A DNA stretch of 64,000 bases from a virus (lineage: Duplodnaviria; Caudoviricetes): the IMG/VR virus record IMGVR_UViG_3300020049_006942; one strand, 5' to 3'. The notes beneath the pieces were generated by a model. The model was given only the letters and a program-made list of their open reading frames with translations. It was not told the DNA's origin and did not search any database. This document shows positions 27,917 to 37,067 of the stretch, piece after piece. The position numbers and the translations under genes are program-made. Position 1 is the stretch's first letter, and each line of letters opens with the position of its first letter.

Positions 27917-30673
27917 ATGTTCGTCGTTAATACAGATACAACCATAAATCCACTAAGTTCTTTTATATGGAACCAAGTATCATTTATAAACCGAGATAGA
28001 TTGGTAACAGATACGTGTGTTACATCTTCGATAGATGGGTCTGATATTAAATTTTTAAATTTTTCAGATAAGACAACAAATTTATCAATAGATGATAATT
28101 ATTATTGTTTTTTAACTAATGCTTGTAGTATATCATCTATATTTTCAACGTTAACATCTGTGAATACAAAAGATTATGGATTATCAGCATCACAAGAAAG
28201 TGTTAAATACTCTACTATAAATAATGAATTTTCTTCGGTTTATCACAATAATAATATAATAAACATGCTAGGTGTTGTGACTAGTGGGGTGGAGTTAAAC
28301 ATTATTCCTCTAAAAAATCGATATTCTGTAGATGGAATATCCTATAGGAATGATGTTAATCATAAGAACTATCAAAAGATTTATATCAACGATAATAATT
28401 TTCTACAATTTAAAATATCAGATATACCGATTACATTACAATCTGACGTAACTACCGATATAATACGGTCATATGGTGTATCGTCTACCACCATAACGAA
28501 TATGAACTTCGTAGAATTTGGTGCAATTGGTGGAAACTGTCCAGCAAATTCTGATAATATCTTATTCAACACATCAGAATATTCTCTGTCGTGCGATGAC
28601 TACTCGGATAGATTTGATTTCAATAACGGAACGATGTTATGTGCATGGTTGTCATCCCAAACACACGAAGCATCTTCTAGTAAAATTTGGATGGAGAGGT
28701 GGTATGATCCAAATACGGTTACGCAAGGAGATGCCTTTATAGTTTCAAATAATATATTATCGGCATCATTATCCCATATAGTGGATATACCCTCATCTAA
28801 AACAATACACGAAAATGAAACAATGTCGTATATCCATTATGGACCGATACGTAATGAGAATTTCATAAATTCTCTGGATAATAATTTAATTATGTATCTA
28901 TCTGCATGGAACCGCAACATATCATCGTCCGTAGGTGGTATATCTGGGGTACTATTAGGAAATTTCGATGGTATAGCAGAAGAACTCAATTTGGACGGAA
29001 ATACTCATGTTCATATACCACCAGTGGATAACCTTATTATTGAAAACGGTTTAACTGTTTCTTTATGGGCATATTCTGATAATTGGAATACGTGTAACGA
29101 TACTCAGTTTTTTGGAAATTTCTATAATGGAAACGGATATAGCTTGGGTTATAATACTGGTAAACATAATTCTCTAATAACCGTACCCACTCTGTCGGGG
29201 AATTGTGTATCTATAAATACTAGAGGCTTTAAGGTGTTTGATAAAAATATAATAGCAGATTTAGGATTGTCTGCGAGTTCTATAACATATATAAAGAATG
29301 ACATATTTGATAATAAATGGTTATATGATAATCATAATAAATCCATCTATAAATTGGAAAATGACGATATTGTAAACTATATAGTTGATCTTCCGGTTTC
29401 TTCGAATATTATTAAAATGGAATGTAATTCTAGGAATGAATTGTTTGTTCTAGATAGTGTGTCCAATAATATATCATCATTTGATTCGACTGGTATATTA
29501 CTGTCTTCTGGCGCTATGTCGTCATATTATGATAATTTTGAAATAGACTTATCAGATTCGATAGTTTATGATAATGCAGATTTCCTCATTGTAGATAACA
29601 ATAATAATGTTATAAAACTTATAGGTTCTACCCTATATAATAATAACAATAGAATTTTACACCTTACTGATAAACCCTCTTCGATAAAGGTGGATATAGA
29701 TAATTACATATGGATTCTTCTTGAAGATAGAATAATAAAGACAGATAACACTGGTAACATATTATTTATGAAGCATCTCGACATAACATTGACGGATTAT
29801 TCGGCAGAAATCGGGTTTGTGTCAATATTGAAGAACGGCAGAAGTGTCGTTCAATTATGGATAATATACAATACTAGTAAGAAATTATTGATACTAGATT
29901 TGGCAGGAAATATTATTAAACGTATAGATATAAACAACATGTTAACTTCTAACAACTGTGGTAGTTTTGACCTTAATATAAAAGGGGATTTTACAGGATT
30001 TGATAATAAGAGAAAGTTCCAACAGCTAAATGAATACCCAATATCTCCTACCAATCCATCCATATGTTTGAAACTTGGCTTGAAGTGCGGAAGTGCTACG
30101 AGATATGTGGAGTTTAACACTTCTATAACGGATATATCTGGATGGACACACTTAGCATTTAATATCATAAATGATCAAGATATTACAGAAATTAATCTAT
30201 TTGTAAACGGTATTCTTAAACAATCTGAAACATTAGTTGGTAACTATTCCATATCATATGATTCAGATACTTCCCCGTTTATTATCGGAGGGGTAAGTGG
30301 AAAACTGGGTGCAAAGAATCTAGAAAAATCAGTAACCACCGGGGAATTTTTTGTGGGTAAGGTAGATGATATTAGAATATATTCTACGTCTCTTGATAAT
30401 TTTGCGATATCGCGGCTATCGAGACATGATCATTTCATAGAATGGAGTGATATGAACTATTTTGTTGAAGTGTCTCCAATTACTCTAATAGAAGAGATGG
30501 AACAATTACACATTAATAGATACAAAGGATTTAAAAGTAATTTATTTAATATACGAATTAAAAATTTCACAGATAATACCGATCTTCGAAACATCATAAT
30601 ACAGTACATAAATAACATGATAAACAAAATCAAACCCGTAAACACTGTTTTGAATAATATAGAATTTGAATAA
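27917..30673 (+). CDS. LamG/ConA-domain virion protein with beta-propeller-like insert
   Basis: LTVSLW ... WTHLAF..LFVNG..IIGG..FVGKVDDIRIY; intervening repetitive beta-strand region. Confidence 0.72.
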   Translation: MFVVNTDTTINPLSSFIWNQVSFINRDRLVTDTCVTSSIDGSDIKFLNFSDKTTNLSIDDNYYCFLTNACSISSIFSTLTSVNTKDYGLSASQESVKYSTINNEFSSVYHNNNIINMLGVVTSGVELNIIPLKNRYSVDGISYRNDVNHKNYQKIYINDNNFLQFKISDIPITLQSDVTTDIIRSYGVSSTTITNMNFVEFGAIGGNCPANSDNILFNTSEYSLSCDDYSDRFDFNNGTMLCAWLSSQTHEASSSKIWMERWYDPNTVTQGDAFIVSNNILSASLSHIVDIPSSKTIHENETMSYIHYGPIRNENFINSLDNNLIMYLSAWNRNISSSVGGISGVLLGNFDGIAEELNLDGNTHVHIPPVDNLIIENGLTVSLWAYSDNWNTCNDTQFFGNFYNGNGYSLGYNTGKHNSLITVPTLSGNCVSINTRGFKVFDKNIIADLGLSASSITYIKNDIFDNKWLYDNHNKSIYKLENDDIVNYIVDLPVSSNIIKMECNSRNELFVLDSVSNNISSFDSTGILLSSGAMSSYYDNFEIDLSDSIVYDNADFLIVDNNNNVIKLIGSTLYNNNNRILHLTDKPSSIKVDIDNYIWILLEDRIIKTDNTGNILFMKHLDITLTDYSAEIGFVSILKNGRSVVQLWIIYNTSKKLLILDLAGNIIKRIDINNMLTSNNCGSFDLNIKGDFTGFDNKRKFQQLNEYPISPTNPSICLKLGLKCGSATRYVEFNTSITDISGWTHLAFNIINDQDITEINLFVNGILKQSETLVGNYSISYDSDTSPFIIGGVSGKLGAKNLEKSVTTGEFFVGKVDDIRIYSTSLDNFAISRLSRHDHFIEWSDMNYFVEVSPITLIEEMEQLHINRYKGFKSNLFNIRIKNFTDNTDLRNIIIQYINNMINKIKPVNTVLNNIEFE

Positions 30674-30698
30674 TTGATGCACTGTTATAAATAATTCT

Positions 30699-32924
30699 AT
30701 GAATTCATCGGATAAATTGCTCAAAAAATTACCATATATTAGAGGTATGTTCGGAGACGACGATCTCCAGAAGATAAACAACAAGTATGAAATTTTTGAT
30801 ACAGCTTCTATATCAAAGGATAAAAAAATTCAGCGTCTGTCTGTAACAAATAAGTACGATTATGATATGGAGAACTCCACAGGAGGTTCTCGTATATCGA
30901 ATATGTACTATCATCAACTGATGTATAATTCTACGTCAGATGATAAAAAACGAAGAATAGATGATTATAGGTCAATGGCTAATTTCTCCGAGGTAGAGCG
31001 TGCATTGCGTGAAATATGTGGAGAATTCTTCGAGGTGGATGATAAGGGATTGACTATGCGGATTAAACTGCGTGGTGATCATAATGAAGAGGTACAAACT
31101 CTAATCGAGGAAGAATTCCAGACATTTTTAGAAATATTCAAAATAGAAGATAAGGGTAGAAAAATGATATGGGATTGGCTTATAGAAGGAGAGTTGTTTT
31201 TTGAAAACATAATATCTGTCCAAAAACCTGAATTAGGAATCATAGGATTGACACGAATTGCTGCCGAAAGATGTGATCCATTGTATTACGACTTAGATAA
31301 CGAGCTTATTGATTGCTTTCTTCTACGAAACAAAGCCCCTGACATGTATCCGTTTCAATGGGGAAAGTTTACAGCACAGGCTTCGTACGGGACAAATCAC
31401 AAACATCAAATATTATTTCTTAATGAAAAACAGATAACATATATATCAAATGATCAGTGGTCGGACGGAAAAAAATATAAACTTCCGGTATTGGCTCATG
31501 CCCATCGTCCCTATCGTCAGTTATCGTTAATAGAAGATGCAACTATCATTTATATGTTAGTCCGAGCACCTGAAAGATTAGTGTTTAATGTCGATGTGGG
31601 AAATATGCAACCATCCAAAGCTGATCAATACATGAAGCGCATGATGGCACAATTTTGGTCAAAGAAGACCGTTACTCAGGATGGAAGAACTGAAAATGTG
31701 TACGATCCACAGGGAATGATGGAGAATTTTTGGTTTCCTATGCGTCAAGATGGAAAGGGATCAACAGTTGACTCAATCGGTGGTGGTAAGGCAAGTCCAG
31801 ACAATTTAGAAATTCTCAATTTCTTTGTCCAAAAGCTATATCTTTCATTAAAAGTTCCACTATCACGTTTAAACTCAGATACTGCATTTTCTGATGGTGA
31901 AGGCATAACCCGTGAAGAATTAGGATTTGCTGAATATATTATAGATATTCAAAAACTATGGGCATCTGCAATACGTAGAACATTCATCGTTCATCTCAAA
32001 TTAAAGGGCAAGAAACTTCTAGAATCGGCTAAGAAAACAAATGTAACAGATGTTGTAAAAACCGATTCAAACGGAAAGGTAAATGCTTTCCAAGTATCCC
32101 AAGTATTTAAGGACAATTTCAACGAAAAATGTTGGGATTATTACGATGTATTAACCGAAGCAATCAATGATAAACTATCTATCATGGAACGCTCTTGCGA
32201 CGAACGATATGATCAATTATTAGAAGAATTTAACGATACATCGCAAACCCTCAACAGAATGAAGGGTGGTTTATTACTCGAATCTGAAAACTACAGCTTA
32301 CAAACACTATCCGAAAGTTTATCTCATATCGAAGAAGAGATGAATAATATCAAAGATAAGCAAGCTGATATATCTGATACTAAATCCGACATGCAATCGT
32401 GGTGGGAACAATATGATATACGCGAAGAAGATTTAGATATTAAATTCGTCGAACCAAGTCAATTCTTTGCATTGAGACAACAACAATTATTCCAGTTGAA
32501 ATTTGACAACTTTAATAATATGTCACAGAATGATTTCATTTCAAATACATTTGCCCAAAAATTATATCTGGGATGGAACGATAAAGAAATTCTTGCAAAT
32601 AGAGAATTCTTATTGAAAGATTCTGCATTTAGATGGGAACTTGCACAGATTGAACAAAATGGTCCCGATTTCCGTGAGAAAGCCCTTGAAGAAATGCAGG
32701 CTGCTACTGGGGAAGGTGGTGGAATGCCAGAAGGTATCGGAGCAATGGGAAGTCCTGGTGGAGGAGGCGGTCCAAGTCTTCCAAGTCCTGGCGGTGGGGG
32801 AGGAGCATCAGACACTAGTTTACCAAGTTTCGGAAAACCTTTGGAAGATGATTCAACAGAAGATGAACAACCGGAAGAAGACGATAGTACAGATGTTCCG
32901 AAGCCACCAACTCCTAAAGAATAA
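30699..32924 (+). CDS. gp20: Portal protein, T4 gp20-like, with 130-aa insertion
   Basis: YRSMA..EV, QLSLIEDATIIY.LVRAPERLVFNVDVGNM, ENFWFP, LYLSLKVPLSRL, ITREEL.F. Confidence 0.95.
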   Translation: MNSSDKLLKKLPYIRGMFGDDDLQKINNKYEIFDTASISKDKKIQRLSVTNKYDYDMENSTGGSRISNMYYHQLMYNSTSDDKKRRIDDYRSMANFSEVERALREICGEFFEVDDKGLTMRIKLRGDHNEEVQTLIEEEFQTFLEIFKIEDKGRKMIWDWLIEGELFFENIISVQKPELGIIGLTRIAAERCDPLYYDLDNELIDCFLLRNKAPDMYPFQWGKFTAQASYGTNHKHQILFLNEKQITYISNDQWSDGKKYKLPVLAHAHRPYRQLSLIEDATIIYMLVRAPERLVFNVDVGNMQPSKADQYMKRMMAQFWSKKTVTQDGRTENVYDPQGMMENFWFPMRQDGKGSTVDSIGGGKASPDNLEILNFFVQKLYLSLKVPLSRLNSDTAFSDGEGITREELGFAEYIIDIQKLWASAIRRTFIVHLKLKGKKLLESAKKTNVTDVVKTDSNGKVNAFQVSQVFKDNFNEKCWDYYDVLTEAINDKLSIMERSCDERYDQLLEEFNDTSQTLNRMKGGLLLESENYSLQTLSESLSHIEEEMNNIKDKQADISDTKSDMQSWWEQYDIREEDLDIKFVEPSQFFALRQQQLFQLKFDNFNNMSQNDFISNTFAQKLYLGWNDKEILANREFLLKDSAFRWELAQIEQNGPDFREKALEEMQAATGEGGGMPEGIGAMGSPGGGGGPSLPSPGGGGGASDTSLPSFGKPLEDDSTEDEQPEEDDSTDVPKPPTPKE

Positions 32925-32952
32925 CTAATTTCTCAATTCAATAAATAAGAAT

Positions 32953-35112
32953 ATGAGTAATATTATCCCAGAAGGATTTGGGTCAACAGCATTAAATGGC
33001 AGAATAGAAACATACGGAGATTTAGTTTACAGAACTAAATCTCTTTTAGGCTGGCCCTCTGTACCGATTGAACTGACTGATGTTCAGTGGGCACATATTA
33101 TTGATAAAGCAATCGAAGATTTTACCGAATTTGAAGGAAATCGGGAAGAAGAGTATCTTGTTTTTTGTTCCAATCTTTATAAAAGAGGATGCGGAGTAAA
33201 GCTTGATGATCTCCTACCAGTTGCATGTAATACTCAACATTGTTTTCAAACTATTGCAACAGAAACAATAACTTCGACATATTTAGAATGTGAAGATATA
33301 CAAACAACAACTGCATATTTATCAGTTACTCCGTTTGAATATCCAACAGAATTTAATTATTTAGACCCATTATCTGTCGCATATTCAGGAACAAGTGGAC
33401 AGGATTTTTTCCTGTACTTCGATCCAAAAAATCCATGGGATGCAATAAATGTATGCGAAGCCAACTGTGTTACAATAAATCCGGTAAGTTCTCAATATTT
33501 TCAAATTTCAGCAAATATAAATTTGTCTTCACATGTATTTGATTTCATAGGATCGGAGATACTTTCTACAGTATTGTCAACTATTTCAAGTGACATTTCA
33601 AGCTATTCTTTTGATTCTGTGCCGATTTCTGGTTTAGGTAATTTATTATCCGCTATTCCAATTGAATACTATGATTTATCAGCATTTTATTCTGGTGATA
33701 TTATGTTCGGTCCTCCTATGTCTGCATGTATTGATATAGGAAGAGGACGTGGATTTGTATATCCTAATTGTGATACTGCTAGTGTATTAGCATGTAATCC
33801 GCTGACCGCCCAATACGGTGTATCCCCATTAGAGAATTATATATTAACATCAGTACTATTAACCGCATTTACCACAACCGCAATAGCGATATTATCATCA
33901 TATTTTGATATATGCGAAACCGATGTATCCTATTCTTGTATTAGCTCATATATATTCAGTGCGTGTGATTTAGGCACAGAGGATGATCTATCTATAACTA
34001 CAGAAGATGGTAATATTTTAACTATAAATTGTTCATCATCTTCTGTCAGCGGATATTACTTCGAATTATTTAAACCGATTCTTTCTAGTTATAACTTAGT
34101 CTATGATCTATCGGCATTGGATATATCAGATGCAACGCATTTAAGGCTGTATGGTGTGCCGTCCTGCACAACAGATGGTTCGATACCACTCGACTCAAAC
34201 AACGGCATTCTAGGCACCTTTACGCTATGTAATACGGCATTCTCTACAAATGGTCCAATGACATTAGAGAAGATTCAGTTTTTCAAAGATAATAAACCAC
34301 CTATCGAAGTTCTTTATGAACAAAATTGTGCATGGACTAATAACGGATTTACTTTCTCGTATCATAATTCATCTTATACAGAGTGTGTTCGTGCAACGCC
34401 TAGTAAGGTTAAAGTAGATGTAACATTTAGTAATTGTTCAACTATAACCGAAGTTGGTGTAGTCAGCACCGTTACTGATTCTGGTTTAGACGAAGTTCTT
34501 AATAGACGGCGTAAGGTTCTTGGTGTATTCGCAGCAGATAATGCGGGTCAAGGCGGATATTTCGGTGGTGGTGGAGATTTATTATTTAATTTCGATTATG
34601 CATTAATGGCAAATACCTTTGGTTACGATTTGATGGGAAATCGGAACATGCTCGGAAAACAAGGATATGATTTATTAACATATCACATGGCACGGGATTT
34701 TGTGGATCATTCTAAGAAGATGCTCCGATATGTGTCATATCAGTTTAACCCAAGAACACAATATCTCAAGGTTACACCAGAACCAGCCGGAACAACATTT
34801 GCATTTGAATCTTCTTGTTGTGAAAATAATGTTATGCGGGCGGGCAGTCAGTGTTATGTTTTAGGGGTTTATATAGAACCATCAGTCGAAACATTGTTGA
34901 GTACATATTTCATTAAAGAATATGTGATGGCACTTGCTATGATCACACTTGGTCGAATTCGTTCGACATTTGGCGGCGTAACACTCTATGGCGGTGCAAC
35001 ATTGGATGGAACACAGCTTGCTGCAAAGGGAGAAGAAAAAGCTGAGAAATTATTAGTTGAGCTTAGGGATGAGTTCAGATATTCTAGTCCTAGTGGATTT
35101 CTAATAGGATAA
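32953..35112 (+). CDS. gp13: Neck protein, T4 gp13-like, with large Cys-rich insertion
   Basis: LLGWPSVPIEL..Q...IDKAI; C-terminal FIKEYVMALA...GRIRSTF.GVTL.GGATLDG...FLIG. Confidence 0.85.
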   Translation: MSNIIPEGFGSTALNGRIETYGDLVYRTKSLLGWPSVPIELTDVQWAHIIDKAIEDFTEFEGNREEEYLVFCSNLYKRGCGVKLDDLLPVACNTQHCFQTIATETITSTYLECEDIQTTTAYLSVTPFEYPTEFNYLDPLSVAYSGTSGQDFFLYFDPKNPWDAINVCEANCVTINPVSSQYFQISANINLSSHVFDFIGSEILSTVLSTISSDISSYSFDSVPISGLGNLLSAIPIEYYDLSAFYSGDIMFGPPMSACIDIGRGRGFVYPNCDTASVLACNPLTAQYGVSPLENYILTSVLLTAFTTTAIAILSSYFDICETDVSYSCISSYIFSACDLGTEDDLSITTEDGNILTINCSSSSVSGYYFELFKPILSSYNLVYDLSALDISDATHLRLYGVPSCTTDGSIPLDSNNGILGTFTLCNTAFSTNGPMTLEKIQFFKDNKPPIEVLYEQNCAWTNNGFTFSYHNSSYTECVRATPSKVKVDVTFSNCSTITEVGVVSTVTDSGLDEVLNRRRKVLGVFAADNAGQGGYFGGGGDLLFNFDYALMANTFGYDLMGNRNMLGKQGYDLLTYHMARDFVDHSKKMLRYVSYQFNPRTQYLKVTPEPAGTTFAFESSCCENNVMRAGSQCYVLGVYIEPSVETLLSTYFIKEYVMALAMITLGRIRSTFGGVTLYGGATLDGTQLAAKGEEKAEKLLVELRDEFRYSSPSGFLIG

Positions 35113-35142
35113 ATTAATATAATAAAACGTATAAATACTATT

Positions 35143-35541
35143 ATGACAGAAAAATTTGATTTGTTTATTGAACAACTACTATCCAAATTTGACGAATTAC
35201 CGAATGATATGCCGTATGGATTCTGGATAAGTCCTCTCGGAAAAATGTATTCTGTTAGTTATATGCAACATAATAGGGTTGCAGTTAATATTATTACAAA
35301 ATTTGAATCATATTTAAATAATCTATATGAAAGTGATGATAATATTATTAAAAATAGGGGCGATTTCTTAATCAGTAAAGGGTATTTACGATTGAATACC
35401 GATAAATACGGTTGTTATATAGATTGTACATATTATCCTGATTCGTCGAATGTTACTAAGCGAAAAACCCCCACCAGAATAGCAGAACAAACGGCTAAAG
35501 ATATAGCTACTTTTTATAATATTCCTGTCAAATACATATAA
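35143..35541 (+). CDS. Putative internal head protein (MTEKFD tag)
   Basis: TATAAATA 5 nt upstream; YGFWISPLG..H..A..KGYLR motif. Confidence 0.7.
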   Translation: MTEKFDLFIEQLLSKFDELPNDMPYGFWISPLGKMYSVSYMQHNRVAVNIITKFESYLNNLYESDDNIIKNRGDFLISKGYLRLNTDKYGCYIDCTYYPDSSNVTKRKTPTRIAEQTAKDIATFYNIPVKYI

Positions 35542-35549
35542 ATACTACT

Positions 35550-35846
35550 ATGACGGAAAAATTTGATGATTTTATAAAAAAACTATTACAAGAATCGGGG
35601 AGAAAACCCCGCTGTACTGGCCCTACATTGCCACAATTATCAGATAATCCTAGATATGTCTTTAGTAGATGTGCTCCTAATCCATATACTTCGGGATATA
35701 AACGAATTTATTATATACGTCGCGGAGAGAAACTAACTCTTGCAAAATGTAAGAATGATCCTAGATACGGTACTTCTAAATACGAAGAATGTCGTATTGC
35801 TCGTAGAGCATATGCGAATAGAATGAAACGTAGAAAACGTGGATAA
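35550..35846 (+). CDS. Basic Cys/Arg-rich putative internal head protein (MTEKFD tag)
   Basis: MTEKFDDFIKKLLQE^S; four Cys; very basic C-terminus. Confidence 0.7.
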   Translation: MTEKFDDFIKKLLQESGRKPRCTGPTLPQLSDNPRYVFSRCAPNPYTSGYKRIYYIRRGEKLTLAKCKNDPRYGTSKYEECRIARRAYANRMKRRKRG

Positions 35847-35848
35847 TT

Positions 35849-36490
35849 TTATTCTGTGTCTATAACTGTTCCGTGATAACCTAAAATAGACCCATCTACG
35901 GATTTATGCGGATATATAGTACATTTCACTGTTCTCATATTGCTGGTTATCTGATGTTTGATTACAAATTCCGATTCAAATGGAATATTATACTGGATGC
36001 TCGACTTCCAGAGATTCCATACTTTATCTCGAAAATCTTCTTCGACACTTACTATCCAAGAGTTAGCAGAAAGACTTTCTATATCCAATCCTGTCATATT
36101 TATAAATGCTTTATTAGCCCATACTAGATTTCCCGATTTATCAAATTCTAACATCCCTGTTGTAACAAGAGTTGATGCAATAAGTTTTGTTCTCAACTCT
36201 GCTAGACGAGTATTATCATCGATTCGAAGAATTCGATCCATGATGGATTTGCCGCTGTTTTTGGAGAACTCTCTACTTAATGATTGTATGACAGGAAGTA
36301 TCTCAGTATTGATGACATCAACTGTTTCCGCCATTCTATTAACTTTAGTTAAGTGATCGCGAACAGGATCGGATATGAGGCGTTTAAATACTCTTTTTAC
36401 GAATAACTTCCATATCGCCACGACAAACCCGAAAACTGTAGCGGATGCAACAATAAATTCCAATACATCTTTTAAATTAGTAAAATCCAT
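35849..36490 (-). CDS. Single-TM + PAS-domain protein, holin candidate
   Basis: N-terminal TM helix, NSGKSIMDRILRI linker, PAS signature FDKSGNLVWANKAF..TG....W...V...R; TATAAATA 5 nt upstream. Confidence 0.7.
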   Translation of the reverse strand: MDFTNLKDVLEFIVASATVFGFVVAIWKLFVKRVFKRLISDPVRDHLTKVNRMAETVDVINTEILPVIQSLSREFSKNSGKSIMDRILRIDDNTRLAELRTKLIASTLVTTGMLEFDKSGNLVWANKAFINMTGLDIESLSANSWIVSVEEDFRDKVWNLWKSSIQYNIPFESEFVIKHQITSNMRTVKCTIYPHKSVDGSILGYHGTVIDTE

Positions 36491-36548
36491 ATCAATATTT
36501 ATAAAATTATAATTGTTCCCAGTTGTGTTTATTATAAAAACAATTCGT

Positions 36549-37067
36549 TTAATAAATCTTAAACTCTAGTTCATATATATATGGTATACTGCTAGATGGT
36601 CCAGTAACTAAATAAATTCTATAATATCTATATGCAGTAGTATTTGATGATATTTCTGTAATGGTTTGAGTTGTAAATCCTCCTAATAAAAATGTAGACC
36701 CAATATCAAACCAACTTAAATTGTCTATGCTTCCTTGTAATTTCCATGTTCCGTGAGTTGCTGAAGTTTGTTGATACCATTTCATTTCATCTATAATTCT
36801 ATTGGTGCCGAAATCGAAGGATAACCACCAACCATCATACATATAACCAACTGCATATGAGTTGAAATATGATGCACCGAAATCTATTAAACCATCGATC
36901 ATCACGGGCGTATTAACCATCCCTGGAATACCAGAAAAGAACGGGGCTTGGTCTATTGTTATAATGCCCGTACGGTCCCCCGATCCACCAGAATTAGAAT
37001 AGGAGGTTGTTATTCCAGGAACAGTGTATTGCCGAAAGGCTTTGCGTCTATTTTGTAAGATTACCAT
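36549..37067 (-). CDS. Discoidin/F5-8 type C-like carbohydrate-binding protein
   Basis: WLSFDFG...WKLQGSID...W...AYRYYRI...ELEF. Confidence 0.75.
   Translation of the reverse strand: MVILQNRRKAFRQYTVPGITTSYSNSGGSGDRTGIITIDQAPFFSGIPGMVNTPVMIDGLIDFGASYFNSYAVGYMYDGWWLSFDFGTNRIIDEMKWYQQTSATHGTWKLQGSIDNLSWFDIGSTFLLGGFTTQTITEISSNTTAYRYYRIYLVTGPSSSIPYIYELEFKIY

Noticed and set aside
32010-32399. Intein in the portal (also considered for gp13, sheath and terminase)
   Set aside because: No C/S start with HN-C/S/T end and no LAGLIDADG blocks; the terminase is of normal length
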